DNA from: Acidimicrobiales bacterium
GTDB taxonomy: Bacteria; Actinomycetota; Acidimicrobiia; Acidimicrobiales; VFJN01
Length of the DNA: 64,000 nucleotides
Assembly (NCBI GenBank): GCA_035263165.1
Contig: DATFRN010000450.1
Span: forward strand, 17,152-81,151
Direction: 5' to 3'
Shown here: piece by piece, positions 46,704 to 55,927 of the stretch
How the letters are laid out: every line of letters starts with the position of its first letter
How positions within the stretch are numbered: position 1 is the first letter of the stretch
Notes under the pieces: generated by a model
Seen by the model: only the letters and a program-made list of their open reading frames with translations
Databases searched by the model: none
Told to the model about the DNA's origin: nothing
Made by a program: the position numbers and the translations under genes

Positions 46704-47426
46704 GTGAGCCGTGCAGACCTCGACGAGCAGATCGCCGGCGTCGCCTCCCTGGCCGAGCCGCAGCGGCGCAACCTCTACCGCTACGTGGTGGCCCAGGACC
46801 GCCCCGTCGGCAAGGACGAGGCCGCCACCGCGCTGGGCCTGGCGCGCTCGGTCGCCACCTTCCACCTCGACCGGCTGGTGGCCGACGGCCTGCTGGCCAC
46901 CGAGTACCGCCGGCTCACCGGCCGCACCGGCCCGGGCGCCGGGCGGCCGGCCAAGCTCTACCGGCGGGCCGACCGCGAGATCGCGGTGAACCTCCCCGCC
47001 CGCGACTACGGCCTGGCCGCCGACGTGCTGGCCACCGCCGTCTCCGCCGCCGAGGAGGCGGGCACGCCAGTGGCCGACGCGCTGGCCGGCGCCGCCGCCG
47101 ACCGGGGCCGGCGGCTCGGGGCCGAGGTGGCCCGGCGCCTGCCCCGCACGGCGGACCGGGGCGACGTGGTCGACGCCGCCCTGGAGGTGCTCGACGAGCA
47201 GGGCTACGAGCCCCGCCGCCAGGGCGACGAGGTCGTGATGGCCAACTGCCCGTTCCACGCCCTGGTCGAGGACCACCGCAGCCTGGTGTGCGGCATGAAC
47301 CTCGACCTGCTGGACGGCATGACGTCGGCGCTGCCGCCGGGCATCCTGGCCGCCCGCCTGGACCCGTCCGACGACGCCTGCTGCGTGCGCATCAGCGTGC
47401 GGGAGGCGCCGGCAGCGCCCGACTGA
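46704..47426 (+). CDS. Winged-helix (ArsR-like) transcriptional regulator with a Cys-containing C-terminal domain
   Basis: GTG start. LAEPQRRNLYRYVVAQDRPVGKDEAATALGLARSVATFHLDRLVADGLL, then C-terminal NCPFH...VCGMN...DDACCV. Confidence 0.8.
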   Translation: MSRADLDEQIAGVASLAEPQRRNLYRYVVAQDRPVGKDEAATALGLARSVATFHLDRLVADGLLATEYRRLTGRTGPGAGRPAKLYRRADREIAVNLPARDYGLAADVLATAVSAAEEAGTPVADALAGAAADRGRRLGAEVARRLPRTADRGDVVDAALEVLDEQGYEPRRQGDEVVMANCPFHALVEDHRSLVCGMNLDLLDGMTSALPPGILAARLDPSDDACCVRISVREAPAAPD

Positions 47427-49221
47427 GGTCGGTGGCGAGCGTGCTCTCCACCCGGCGGGCCCAGTTGTGGATCTGGCGGCGCAGCTTGTCGGCGTCCACG
47501 CCCGCCGGCGGGTTGTCGTAGTAGTCGACGAGCCGGGCCACCGTCGCCCGGCGCAGGTCGGCCCCCGCCTTCTGGTAATAGGTGGCCAGCGGGGTCCAGG
47601 TCGGCCGCTGGGGCAGCGGCAGCAGCATGTACTGGTGGAAGTAGCCGCGGAAGTCCTCGGTCCACTGGCGGAGCTCCTGGTCGTCGTTGCTGCCGCCCTC
47701 CCGCGCCACCAGCTGGAGCTCGTGCTGGGCGTACTGGCGGGTCGTGAGCCAGGTGTTCGGGTTCAGTGAGTTCGGGCCGATGATGGCGAAGCGGCGGTCG
47801 CCGGCCCGGAAGTTGTAGCCGACGTTGTCGCCGACCGGGCGGGGCACCTCGTCCCGCGTGCGCGGCCACCGCTTCTTGCCGTTGAGCGCGGCGTCGAAGT
47901 TGATCACCGGGATCTGGGCGTAGTCGTCCGGGTGGACGGCGTCGCCGTGCGAGGTGCCGGCCGCCTGCACGGTGATGCCCAGCTCGCACAGGGCCTGTTG
48001 GGCCAGCGCGGCCATGGCCGCCTGGCCGTGCTGCTGGGCCGCCTCCACCCCGGCCTTCCACTGGTCGGGGGTGAGGGCCTGGCACGACTGGCCGCCAGTG
48101 GCCGGACCGGCGGGTCCGGCGGGCCGGACCTGGGTGGCGCCGCCGCCGACGCAGCGCTGGAGGCGGAGGCCGGCGCGGAGGCGGGGCATGACGCCCTCGA
48201 TCCGGTCGGGGGCGGCGCCCGTCCACCGGGACACGACCGCGCCGACGGCCGCCCGGTCGGCGTCCTCCTCCAGCGCGGCGACCGAGCCTCCCCCGCCGCC
48301 GCCCGCCTCCTGCTGGCCGACGTGGGCCAGCTCGTGGGCGATGAGGGCGTCACCGACGAGGCTGCCCGGGTCGTACTCGCCGGGCAAGAAGGCGATGTCG
48401 GGGCCGACCGTGAAGGCCCGCGCCCCCATCCGGCCGGCCAGCTCGCCGGCCCCGGCGCCGGTGTGGACCCGCACGGCGGAGAAGTCCCGGCCGTAGGCCG
48501 CCTCCATCGGCGCCCGCACCGCGGCGTCGAGCGGGCGGCCGTCGCCGAGGCCCCGCCGCACCACGCGGGCGTCGCCCGGGGTGGCGCCGCCGTCGCGCAG
48601 CTTGAACAGGGCGCTGACCAGGCCGCCCACCGCCGACAGGACACGCCCGACCACGCCGGCGGCCGGCGCCGGGGCCTCCCCCGCCGCCCGGGCCCGGGCG
48701 GCGACGCCGGCGGCGGCGATCCAGCGCCGGGCGTCGGGGCCGTCGACGCCGGGCAGGTTCTCCCGCAGCGACCGCAGCAGGCCGGCCGTGTCCTGGGCCT
48801 CGAGGTCGGCGAACGCGGCGGGCAGGTTGACCGCGGCGTCGGCGCGGGCCAGCGGGCCGGCCCCGGCCAGGGCGCCCTCCACCTCGGCGCGCAGGGCGGC
48901 CAGGAACGGCGTGCGCCGCATCTGGCCCGGGGCGGGCTCGGCGCCGTCGTCGACCACGGGGTCGACCGCCCCGGCGGTGGCGTCCGCCTGGCGGCCGGCA
49001 TCCACCCCGGCCAGCAGCCGCTGGACCCCGTGGTTGCCGGCCGCCCGCTGGAGTTGGCCGACCAGGGTGGCCCGGGTCCCGCCGCCCCCGGGACCGGCCA
49101 GGCGGCGGTCGCCCAGCAGCTCGGGCGGCAGCCGGTCGGGCCCGGCGGGCGCCGGTGGGGGACGCACCGGCGCGGGCGCGTCCCGGTCGTCGCGCCGGCG
49201 GCCGTCCCTGCGCCCGGTCAC
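47392..49221 (-). CDS. DUF4157 (eCIS-core, HExxH) domain protein with an unknown ~300-aa C-terminal domain (polymorphic-toxin-like)
   Basis: 609 aa from GTG 49221 (GTGA overlap with the upstream stop). The N-terminal motif is [18 protein letters not shown]. The DUF4157 core is [77 protein letters not shown] (nt 48310-48546). The rest of track ORF 47392..51531 is antisense junk. Confidence 0.85.
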   Translation of the reverse strand: MTGRRDGRRRDDRDAPAPVRPPPAPAGPDRLPPELLGDRRLAGPGGGGTRATLVGQLQRAAGNHGVQRLLAGVDAGRQADATAGAVDPVVDDGAEPAPGQMRRTPFLAALRAEVEGALAGAGPLARADAAVNLPAAFADLEAQDTAGLLRSLRENLPGVDGPDARRWIAAAGVAARARAAGEAPAPAAGVVGRVLSAVGGLVSALFKLRDGGATPGDARVVRRGLGDGRPLDAAVRAPMEAAYGRDFSAVRVHTGAGAGELAGRMGARAFTVGPDIAFLPGEYDPGSLVGDALIAHELAHVGQQEAGGGGGGSVAALEEDADRAAVGAVVSRWTGAAPDRIEGVMPRLRAGLRLQRCVGGGATQVRPAGPAGPATGGQSCQALTPDQWKAGVEAAQQHGQAAMAALAQQALCELGITVQAAGTSHGDAVHPDDYAQIPVINFDAALNGKKRWPRTRDEVPRPVGDNVGYNFRAGDRRFAIIGPNSLNPNTWLTTRQYAQHELQLVAREGGSNDDQELRQWTEDFRGYFHQYMLLPLPQRPTWTPLATYYQKAGADLRRATVARLVDYYDNPPAGVDADKLRRQIHNWARRVESTLATDLSRALPAPPAR

Positions 49222-50372
49222 GCCCCGCCGCCCCCCGGGCCGGCGGCCACGTGGTAGACGCCGCCGGCCGACAGGTGGGCGTCCCGGGGCCGGCCACCGG
49301 GGCCGACGGCGGCGGCCATCCGGCCCAGCGCCGCGGCCTCGGCGCGCCGCAGCGGCGGGCCCGGCGCCGGCCGGGAGAAGGCGTAGTGGCAGCGCACGCC
49401 GCCCCGCCCGTCGTCGCGGTGGGAGGCCGACACCCGCACGCCGAGCGGGGTGGTGGCGGCCACGAGCCCGCCCCGGGCCGCCTCGGCCCCCCGGACGAGC
49501 CGGGCCACCGCCAGGGCGTGCGCGGGATGGCGCACGCGGCCCGCGCCCGCCCGGGCGGCGACGAGGGCGACGCCGGCGGCCACCGCCACGCCCGCCGCCA
49601 GCGCCACGCCGGCGGGCACCGCCCGCCAGCCGGCCGCCGCGGCCAGCCCACCGGCCGCGACCACCGCGACCGCCGTCCACTGGGCCTCGGACAGCCCGGC
49701 GGCGTAGGGGCGGCCCGGGTCGCCCCGCAGCGGCTCCAGCCAGAAGCGCACGGCCATGTGGGCCAGGAGGTAGACGGCCAGCGCGGTCCCGGGCGGCGCC
49801 CCGCCCAGCACGACCGCCACAGCCGCCAGGGCCATCGCGAGGAGGGCACCCGCCTCCAGGGCGGGCACGGGCAGCAGGGTCACGCCGGCGTACTCGACCG
49901 GCAGGCCCTCGCCCACGTGGCGGGCGCCGTAGCGCACGCCCCGGGCGGCGGGGCGCCCGTGGCAGCACCCGGCGACCAGGCAGCCGACCCGCCCGCAGGC
50001 CAGGAAGACGGCCAGCCCGGGCGCGGCCACGTCGAGCGAGGCGAGCACCGGCTGGCGGGCCAGCGCCAGCATCCCGGCGGCTGCCGCCAGCGCCGCCACC
50101 TCGGCGTGGAAGCACACCAGCCGGGCGTGCCCGGCCACCGCCGCCTCCGCCGCGGCCACGGCCAGCAGCGCGCCGACCATGGCCCCCGCCAGCGCCAGGA
50201 CCAGCCACCCGGGGCGGCCGGCCGCCCGGGCCAGGGCCAGCGTCCAGCCGGCGGCCAGGACCAGCCCGGCGGCCCCGCACACGGTGAACCCGGACCAGCG
50301 CCCGCCCGGCCCCACCCGCACCCAGCGCTCCGGGAGCCGGCTGGCCGGCCCGTGTGCGTGACGAGCGTCCAC
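49218..50372 (-). CDS. Prolipoprotein diacylglyceryl transferase (Lgt) family membrane protein with a ~130-aa C-terminal extension
   Basis: [63 protein letters not shown] resemble Lgt motifs. The start is uncertain; GTG 50372 is proposed. GC is extremely high. Confidence 0.6.
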   Translation of the reverse strand: MDARHAHGPASRLPERWVRVGPGGRWSGFTVCGAAGLVLAAGWTLALARAAGRPGWLVLALAGAMVGALLAVAAAEAAVAGHARLVCFHAEVAALAAAAGMLALARQPVLASLDVAAPGLAVFLACGRVGCLVAGCCHGRPAARGVRYGARHVGEGLPVEYAGVTLLPVPALEAGALLAMALAAVAVVLGGAPPGTALAVYLLAHMAVRFWLEPLRGDPGRPYAAGLSEAQWTAVAVVAAGGLAAAAGWRAVPAGVALAAGVAVAAGVALVAARAGAGRVRHPAHALAVARLVRGAEAARGGLVAATTPLGVRVSASHRDDGRGGVRCHYAFSRPAPGPPLRRAEAAALGRMAAAVGPGGRPRDAHLSAGGVYHVAAGPGGGGA

Positions 50373-50547
50373 AACCGCCTCCGCTGCCGCTCCACCACCG
50401 ACCGTCGCCGATCCGGCCCACCCCGGGCAGTGCCGCCGGTGAGGCCGGAGGGGCAGATCCGCGTGCCCGATCGGGCAGCCCGGCAGGCGGGATGCCGCGG
50501 AGGGTGGGCCGGTTGCGCGAGCGTGGAGGCAGGACGCAGCGAGCGAG

Positions 50548-51597
50548 GTGCGCGTGAGCCAACTGGCGACCATCGACCGGCGGGCGGCGACCTGGGGTGT
50601 CATCGCCGTGCTCGTGGCGCTGGCGATCGCCGTGCTCGGCAGCGGCAATCTGCGCTGGTTCGACGCGGCCCTGGTCGGCTACCTGTTCGGCACCCTCTTC
50701 GCCATCTTCGCCGTGGTCTACCGCTACCTCATCTGGCTGCGGCGGCCGCCCACGGCCCGGCTCAACCGCCGGGGCTGGGAGGCGTTCCGCCGGCCCGGCC
50801 GCCGGGGCCGCAACGCCGCGGCCCTGCCCGGCCTGGTGGTGACCAACCTGGCGCTCCAGTCGTTCATCCGGGGCCGCTCCAAGCTGCGGTGGCTGGCCCA
50901 CCAGCTGATCTTCTGGGGCTGCGTGCTCGCCGGCCTGGTGACGTTCCCGCTGGTCTTCGGCCTGCTCCACTTCCAGTCGGTGGGCCAGAACGCCCGGGAG
51001 TACCAGGCGTTCGGCGGCAGCCTCGGCACGTTCACCTTCGACAGCCGCAGCGTGTTCGGCTGGATCGTCTTCCACCTGCTCGACATCGCCGCCGTCCTCG
51101 TGCTGGCCGGCGTGTTCGTCTTCCTCGGCCGCCGCCTGCGCGACCCGGGGGCGCTGGCCACCGAGCGGTCGAACGACTTCCTCGCCCTGGCCGGCCTGTT
51201 CGCGGTGTCGGTGACGGGCCTGGCGTTGACCGCCTCCAACCTGTGGATGGACGGCCGCTTCTACGTCTTCCTCACCACCATCCACGCCATCACGGTGATC
51301 CTCGGGCTGATGTACATCCCGTTCGGCAAGCTGTTCCACATCTTCCAGCGGCCGGCCAACCTCGGCGTCGCCTACTACAAGCGCGAGGGCGTGGCCGGCC
51401 CCCAGCAGGCCTGCGCCCGCTGCGGGGACGAGTTCGCCTCGCAGCTCCAGATGACCGACCTCAAGGAGGTGCTCCCCCAGGTGGGCTTCGACTACTCGGT
51501 TCCCCACGGCGGCGGCAACTACCAGGACCACTGCCCGCGGTGCCGGCGGGCGCTCGTGGCCCTGGCCCAGTCGCGGGCGGTCGGAGGCTTCGGCTGA
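50548..51597 (+). CDS. NarI/DsrM-like di-heme cytochrome b membrane subunit with a C-terminal 2x CxxC tail
   Basis: 5-6 TM helices. [41 protein letters not shown], and the C-terminal CARCGDEF...HCPRCRRAL. Confidence 0.75.
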   Translation: MRVSQLATIDRRAATWGVIAVLVALAIAVLGSGNLRWFDAALVGYLFGTLFAIFAVVYRYLIWLRRPPTARLNRRGWEAFRRPGRRGRNAAALPGLVVTNLALQSFIRGRSKLRWLAHQLIFWGCVLAGLVTFPLVFGLLHFQSVGQNAREYQAFGGSLGTFTFDSRSVFGWIVFHLLDIAAVLVLAGVFVFLGRRLRDPGALATERSNDFLALAGLFAVSVTGLALTASNLWMDGRFYVFLTTIHAITVILGLMYIPFGKLFHIFQRPANLGVAYYKREGVAGPQQACARCGDEFASQLQMTDLKEVLPQVGFDYSVPHGGGNYQDHCPRCRRALVALAQSRAVGGFG

Positions 51598-53834
51598 TGG
51601 CCCGTCCCCCGGTCAGCGAGGAGGAGCTGGTCGCCCGGTACGGCCCCCACCTCAACCAGGCGCCGCCCGGCGGGTGGAACGCCGGCATCGAGGCCGACCG
51701 CGAGGTCCACACCCACTGCTGCTTCTGCGGCCAGCAGTGCGGGATCGTCCTGAAGGTCCGCGACGACGAGGTCGTCGGGTTCGAGCCGTGGTACGAGTTC
51801 CCGTTCAACGAGGGCAAGCTCTGCCCGAAGGGCGTCAAGCGCTACCTCCAGAACGCCCACCCCGACCGGCTGCTCGACCCGCTGGAGCGCGACCCGTCGG
51901 CGCCGGGCGGCTTCCGGACCGTGACGTGGGACCACGCCCTCGACCGCACGGTGGCCGAGATCCGCCGCATCCAGGCCGAGCACGGCAACGACGCCTTCGC
52001 CATGCTGTCGGGTGTCTCGCTCGACAACGAGAAGTCGTACCTGATCGGCAAGTTCGCCCGGCTGGCCCTCGGCACCGCCAACCTCGACTACAACGGCCGG
52101 CTCTGCATGGTCTCGGCCGGCGTCGCCAACAAGCGGGCGCTCGGCATCGACCGCGCGTCGAACCCGTGGAGCGACATCCCCCTGGCCGACGTCGTGTTCG
52201 TCATCGGGGCCAACATCGCCGAGTGCGCCCCCATCACCACCAGCTGGATCTGGCGGGCCCGGGACAACGGCGCCAAGCTCATCGTCGCCGACCCCCGGGT
52301 GACGCCGACCGCCCGCACCGCCGACCTGTTCCTCGGCCTGCGGCCGGGCACCGACTCGGCCCTGCTGGGCGCCATGCTCCACGTGCTGATCGAGCGGGAC
52401 TGGCTCGACCACGACTTCATCCGCGACCACACCGCCGGGTTCGAGGAGGCGGCCGAGGCCGTCCGGGACCACACGCCGCAGTGGGCCGAGGGGATCACGG
52501 GCGTCCCCGCGGCCCGCATCGAGCAGGCGGCCGAGTGGTGGGGCACGTCCCGGACCGGGATGCTGATGCACGCCCGGGGCCTCGAGCACCACAGCAAGGG
52601 CGTCGAGAACGTGTGGGCCTGCATCAACCTCGGCCTGGCCACCGGCAAGTACGGCAAGCCGGGCTGCGGCGTCACCACCATCACCGGGCAGGGCAACGGC
52701 CAGGGCGGCCGCGAGCACGGCCACAAGTGCGACCAGCTGCCGGGCAACCGCGACATCACCAACCCCGAGCACCGGGCCTACGTGGCCTCGGTGTGGGGGT
52801 GCGAGGTGGACGACATCCCCGGCAAGGGCCTGACCGCCCAGGAGATCGTCGAGGCCATCCACCGGGGCGAGATCAAGGGTCTGCTGTCGATCTGCTTCAA
52901 CCCGGTCGTCTCGCTGCCCGACACGACGTTCACCAAGGAGGCGCTCGACAAGCTGGAGTTCTACGCGGTCATCGACTTCTTCCTGCCCGAGACCGGCTTC
53001 CACGCCGACGTCGTGCTGCCCGGGTCGCTCCACGAGGAGGACGAGGGCACCTCCACCACCGTCGAGGGCCGGGTGGTGAAGCTCAACCCGTCCAAGACCC
53101 CGCCCGGACGGGCCCGGCTCGACTGGGAGATCATCTGCGACCTCGCCGGCCGGCTGGGCAAGGGCCACTACTTCCCCTACGACAACCCCCAGGAGATCTT
53201 CGACGAGCTGCGGGTGGCGTCCAAGGGCGGGGCCGCCGACTATGCCGGCATCACCTGGGAGCGCATCGAGGACGAGCTGGGCGTGTTCTGGCCCTGCCCC
53301 GAGGAGGGCCACCCGGGCACGCCCCGGCTCTACGAGGGCGGCCGCTTCCCCACCCCGGACGGCCGGGGCCGGTTCAACCCCGTCCGCTACCGCCCGCCGG
53401 CGGAGGTGGTCGACGACGAGTACCCCGTGTGGCTCACGACCGGGCGGGTGGTGAGCCAGTACCTGTCGGGGACCCAGACCCGGCGCATCGGGCCGCTGGT
53501 CGCCCAGTACCCCGAGCCGCTGTGCGAGATCCATCCCCGGCTGGCCGAGGAGCTGGGCGTCGCCACCGGCGACGTCGTGCGGGTCACCTCCCGGCGGGCC
53601 TCGATGACCCTGCCGGCCAAGGTGGTCGCCACCATCCGGCCCGACACCGTGTTCATCCCCTACCACTGGGCCGGCGACCGGGCGGCCAACCAGCTCACCA
53701 ACCGGGCGCTCGACCCGCTGTCGAAGATCCCCGAGTACAAGGTGTCGGCGGTGCGGGTCGAGCGGGTCGGCCCGCCCGGCACGGCGGTGGTCGACGAGCG
53801 GGACATGGACCTCGTGGAACGGGAGGACGGCTGA
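51597..53834 (+). CDS. Molybdopterin (bis-MGD) oxidoreductase catalytic subunit, Nas/Nap-type, with no Tat signal of its own
   Basis: The ATG overlaps the upstream TGA (TGATG). The N-terminal 4Fe-4S motif is [11 protein letters not shown]...GKLCPKG. The Cys-ligand region is [15 protein letters not shown]. The N-terminus [12 protein letters not shown] has no RR motif. Confidence 0.9.
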   Translation: MARPPVSEEELVARYGPHLNQAPPGGWNAGIEADREVHTHCCFCGQQCGIVLKVRDDEVVGFEPWYEFPFNEGKLCPKGVKRYLQNAHPDRLLDPLERDPSAPGGFRTVTWDHALDRTVAEIRRIQAEHGNDAFAMLSGVSLDNEKSYLIGKFARLALGTANLDYNGRLCMVSAGVANKRALGIDRASNPWSDIPLADVVFVIGANIAECAPITTSWIWRARDNGAKLIVADPRVTPTARTADLFLGLRPGTDSALLGAMLHVLIERDWLDHDFIRDHTAGFEEAAEAVRDHTPQWAEGITGVPAARIEQAAEWWGTSRTGMLMHARGLEHHSKGVENVWACINLGLATGKYGKPGCGVTTITGQGNGQGGREHGHKCDQLPGNRDITNPEHRAYVASVWGCEVDDIPGKGLTAQEIVEAIHRGEIKGLLSICFNPVVSLPDTTFTKEALDKLEFYAVIDFFLPETGFHADVVLPGSLHEEDEGTSTTVEGRVVKLNPSKTPPGRARLDWEIICDLAGRLGKGHYFPYDNPQEIFDELRVASKGGAADYAGITWERIEDELGVFWPCPEEGHPGTPRLYEGGRFPTPDGRGRFNPVRYRPPAEVVDDEYPVWLTTGRVVSQYLSGTQTRRIGPLVAQYPEPLCEIHPRLAEELGVATGDVVRVTSRRASMTLPAKVVATIRPDTVFIPYHWAGDRAANQLTNRALDPLSKIPEYKVSAVRVERVGPPGTAVVDERDMDLVEREDG

Positions 53835-54508
53835 TGGTCAGCGTGCCGGTGTCGATCGGCGTCAAGCGCAGTCCCGCCACCCGCCCGGTGGCCGGGGCGT
53901 TCGGCGACAGCATCTTCGTCATCGACCAGAGCCGCTGCATCGGCTGCAAGGCCTGCGTCCAGGCCTGCGAGGAGTGCGGCACGCACCGGGGCACCACGAT
54001 GATCCACCTGGAGGAGATCGACCGGGCGGCCACCACCCAGACGGCCCCGATGGTGTGCATGCACTGCGAGGACCCGACCTGCGCCGAGGTGTGCCCGGCC
54101 GACGCCATCAAGCAGAACGAGGACGGCATCGTGCAGTCGTCGCTCAAGCCCCGCTGCATCGGCTGCTCGAACTGCGTGCTGGCCTGCCCCTTCGGCGTGC
54201 CCAAGTACGTGTCGGCCTACGACCAGATGATGAAGTGCGACATGTGCTACGACCGCACCTCGGTCGGGCAGAAGCCGATGTGCGCGTCGGTGTGCCCGAG
54301 CGAGGCGCTGTGGTTCGGCACGCCCGAGGAGTTCGCCGCCGGCCGCACCGGGACGCTGGTCAACGAGTGGTGGTTCGGGAGCCAGTACGTCGCCACCAAG
54401 GTGCGGGCGGTGGCCCACGAGCCCGGCGCCATCGACGTGCTGGCCGCCGAGGGCGCCCGGCCCTGGCAGGACGACCCGTTCGGCCTCGACGAGATCGGGG
54501 CAGCGTGA
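53834..54508 (+). CDS. 4Fe-4S dicluster (DmsB/HybA-like) electron-transfer subunit
   Basis: [44 protein letters not shown]...CASVCP. The ATG overlaps the upstream TGA. Confidence 0.9.
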   Translation: MVSVPVSIGVKRSPATRPVAGAFGDSIFVIDQSRCIGCKACVQACEECGTHRGTTMIHLEEIDRAATTQTAPMVCMHCEDPTCAEVCPADAIKQNEDGIVQSSLKPRCIGCSNCVLACPFGVPKYVSAYDQMMKCDMCYDRTSVGQKPMCASVCPSEALWFGTPEEFAAGRTGTLVNEWWFGSQYVATKVRAVAHEPGAIDVLAAEGARPWQDDPFGLDEIGAA

Positions 54509-55023
54509 CCCGGGTCCCGCTGCCCGATCCGGTGTGGCGGCAGGACTTCCCGCTCACCTCGGCGGGCGAGGACGAGGTGACCCGGCGCGAGTTCGTCCGC
54601 TACCTGGTGCTGGCCTCCGGCGGGTTCGCGGCCGGCAACGTGGGGATCGCCCTGTGGTCGTCGCTGCGGTCGATCAACGAGGGCGAGCCCCGGCCGATCG
54701 TCGCCCTCGCCGACGTGCCCGAGGGCACGGCCCACCTGTTCGACTACCCGTCACAGGCCGACCCGGCCATCCTGGTCCACCTGCCGGGCGGCGAGCTGCG
54801 GGCCTTCTCCCAGAAGTGCACGCACCTCGGCTGCGTCGTCTACTACCAGGCGGGCAAGGGGGAGATGGTGTGCCCGTGCCACGAGGGCCACTTCTCCGCC
54901 ACCACCGGCGACGTGCTGGCCGGGCCGCCCCAGCGGCCGCTCGGGCGCATCGACGTCGAGGTGCGGGACGGCACCGTGTGGGCGCTGGCCGCCGAGGGCG
55001 AGGGCGAGGAGGCGCACCGATGA
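54505..55023 (+). CDS. Rieske [2Fe-2S] protein with a Tat-like signal/anchor
   Basis: GTGA overlap at the start. [26 protein letters not shown] is a twin-Arg motif followed by a hydrophobic helix. Cluster boxes are CTHLGC and CPCHEG. Confidence 0.85.
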   Translation: MTRVPLPDPVWRQDFPLTSAGEDEVTRREFVRYLVLASGGFAAGNVGIALWSSLRSINEGEPRPIVALADVPEGTAHLFDYPSQADPAILVHLPGGELRAFSQKCTHLGCVVYYQAGKGEMVCPCHEGHFSATTGDVLAGPPQRPLGRIDVEVRDGTVWALAAEGEGEEAHR

Positions 55024-55274
55024 CCGGCACGCCCACGATCCCGCCCCGGGACCTGCCCCCCCACCGCGGCGGTCCCCGCCGGGCCCGGGCCCGCCGCGAG
55101 GTGCCCGCCGCGCTCGGCGTGTTCGTGGTCGTGCTGCTGTCGCTCCAGGTGTTCCTGCTGACGGTCGGGCTGGACGCCCTGCTGGCCGACGACGACGGCC
55201 TGGCCTGGGTCACGGCCGGGCTGTCCCTGCTGCTGGCCGCCGGCTCCGCCGCCTTCTACCGGTTCCTGAAGTGA
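55020..55274 (+). CDS. Small two-TM membrane protein (84 aa)
   Basis: ATGA overlap upstream and GTGA overlap downstream. VPAALGVFVVVLLSLQVFLLTVGL and WVTAGLSLLLAAGSAAFY. Confidence 0.55.
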   Translation: MTGTPTIPPRDLPPHRGGPRRARARREVPAALGVFVVVLLSLQVFLLTVGLDALLADDDGLAWVTAGLSLLLAAGSAAFYRFLK

Positions 55275-55900
55275 CGGTCGACGAGGAGCCCCGGCGGCCG
55301 GGGCCGATCGGCGGCGACATGGCCGCCATCGTGTTCGGCCTGGCCCGCCGGGCGCGCCTCACCTCCCTGGTCGAGCGGTACGACTCCACGCTGATCCTCG
55401 GGCTGTTCGCCTTCGTCAACGGGCTGATCGCCATCGGGATCATGGCCTTCGTCGCCTTCGTGACCGGCCAGCCGTTCGTGTTCCCGTCGCTGGGGCCGAC
55501 CGCCTTCCTGCTCTTCTACACGCCGCTGCTGGCGGCGGCCTGCCCCCGCAACACGGTGTGCGGGCACGCCATCGGCGCCGCCGCCGGCTACCTGGCGTTG
55601 GTGCTCTTCGGGCTGACCGACGCGGCGCCGGCGCTGGCCACCAGCGTGACCGGGGCCCGCGTCGGCGCGGCCGCCCTGTCGCTCGGGCTCACCAGCGGCG
55701 CCATGGTGTGGGCCCGGGTGCCCCACCCGCCGGCCGGGGCGACGACGCTGATCGTGTCGCTCGGCATCTTCCACGAGCCGAAGCAGCTGGCCGTGCTCAT
55801 GCTGGCGGTCGTGCTGCTGGTGGTGCAGGGGTTCGTCATCAACCGGCTGGCCGGGATCCCTTACCCGGTCTGGTCGCCGCGCCCGGCCGACGGGCCATGA
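55271..55900 (+). CDS. HPP family membrane protein
   Basis: 209 aa. ...ARVPHPPAGATTLIV... (HPP motif) with 4-5 TM helices. Confidence 0.8.
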   Translation: MTVDEEPRRPGPIGGDMAAIVFGLARRARLTSLVERYDSTLILGLFAFVNGLIAIGIMAFVAFVTGQPFVFPSLGPTAFLLFYTPLLAAACPRNTVCGHAIGAAAGYLALVLFGLTDAAPALATSVTGARVGAAALSLGLTSGAMVWARVPHPPAGATTLIVSLGIFHEPKQLAVLMLAVVLLVVQGFVINRLAGIPYPVWSPRPADGP

Positions 55901-55927
55901 GCGCGGCCAGCAGGGCGAGGGCGGCCT

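Noticed and set aside
50373-50547. Possible Moco riboswitch or other leader RNA upstream of the molybdoenzyme operon
   Set aside because: I could not find the conserved Moco-motif elements by eye. The region is merely GC-rich with weak, imperfect stems. A covariance-model scan (Rfam RF01055) would be needed to settle it.
49155-51596. N-terminal 814 codons of track ORF 49155..53834, and the upstream part of 47392..51531
   Set aside because: These are junk-composition extensions. The real genes start at 51597 (ATG overlapping the upstream stop; the Mo-enzyme motifs begin right after) and at 49221 (GTGA coupling).
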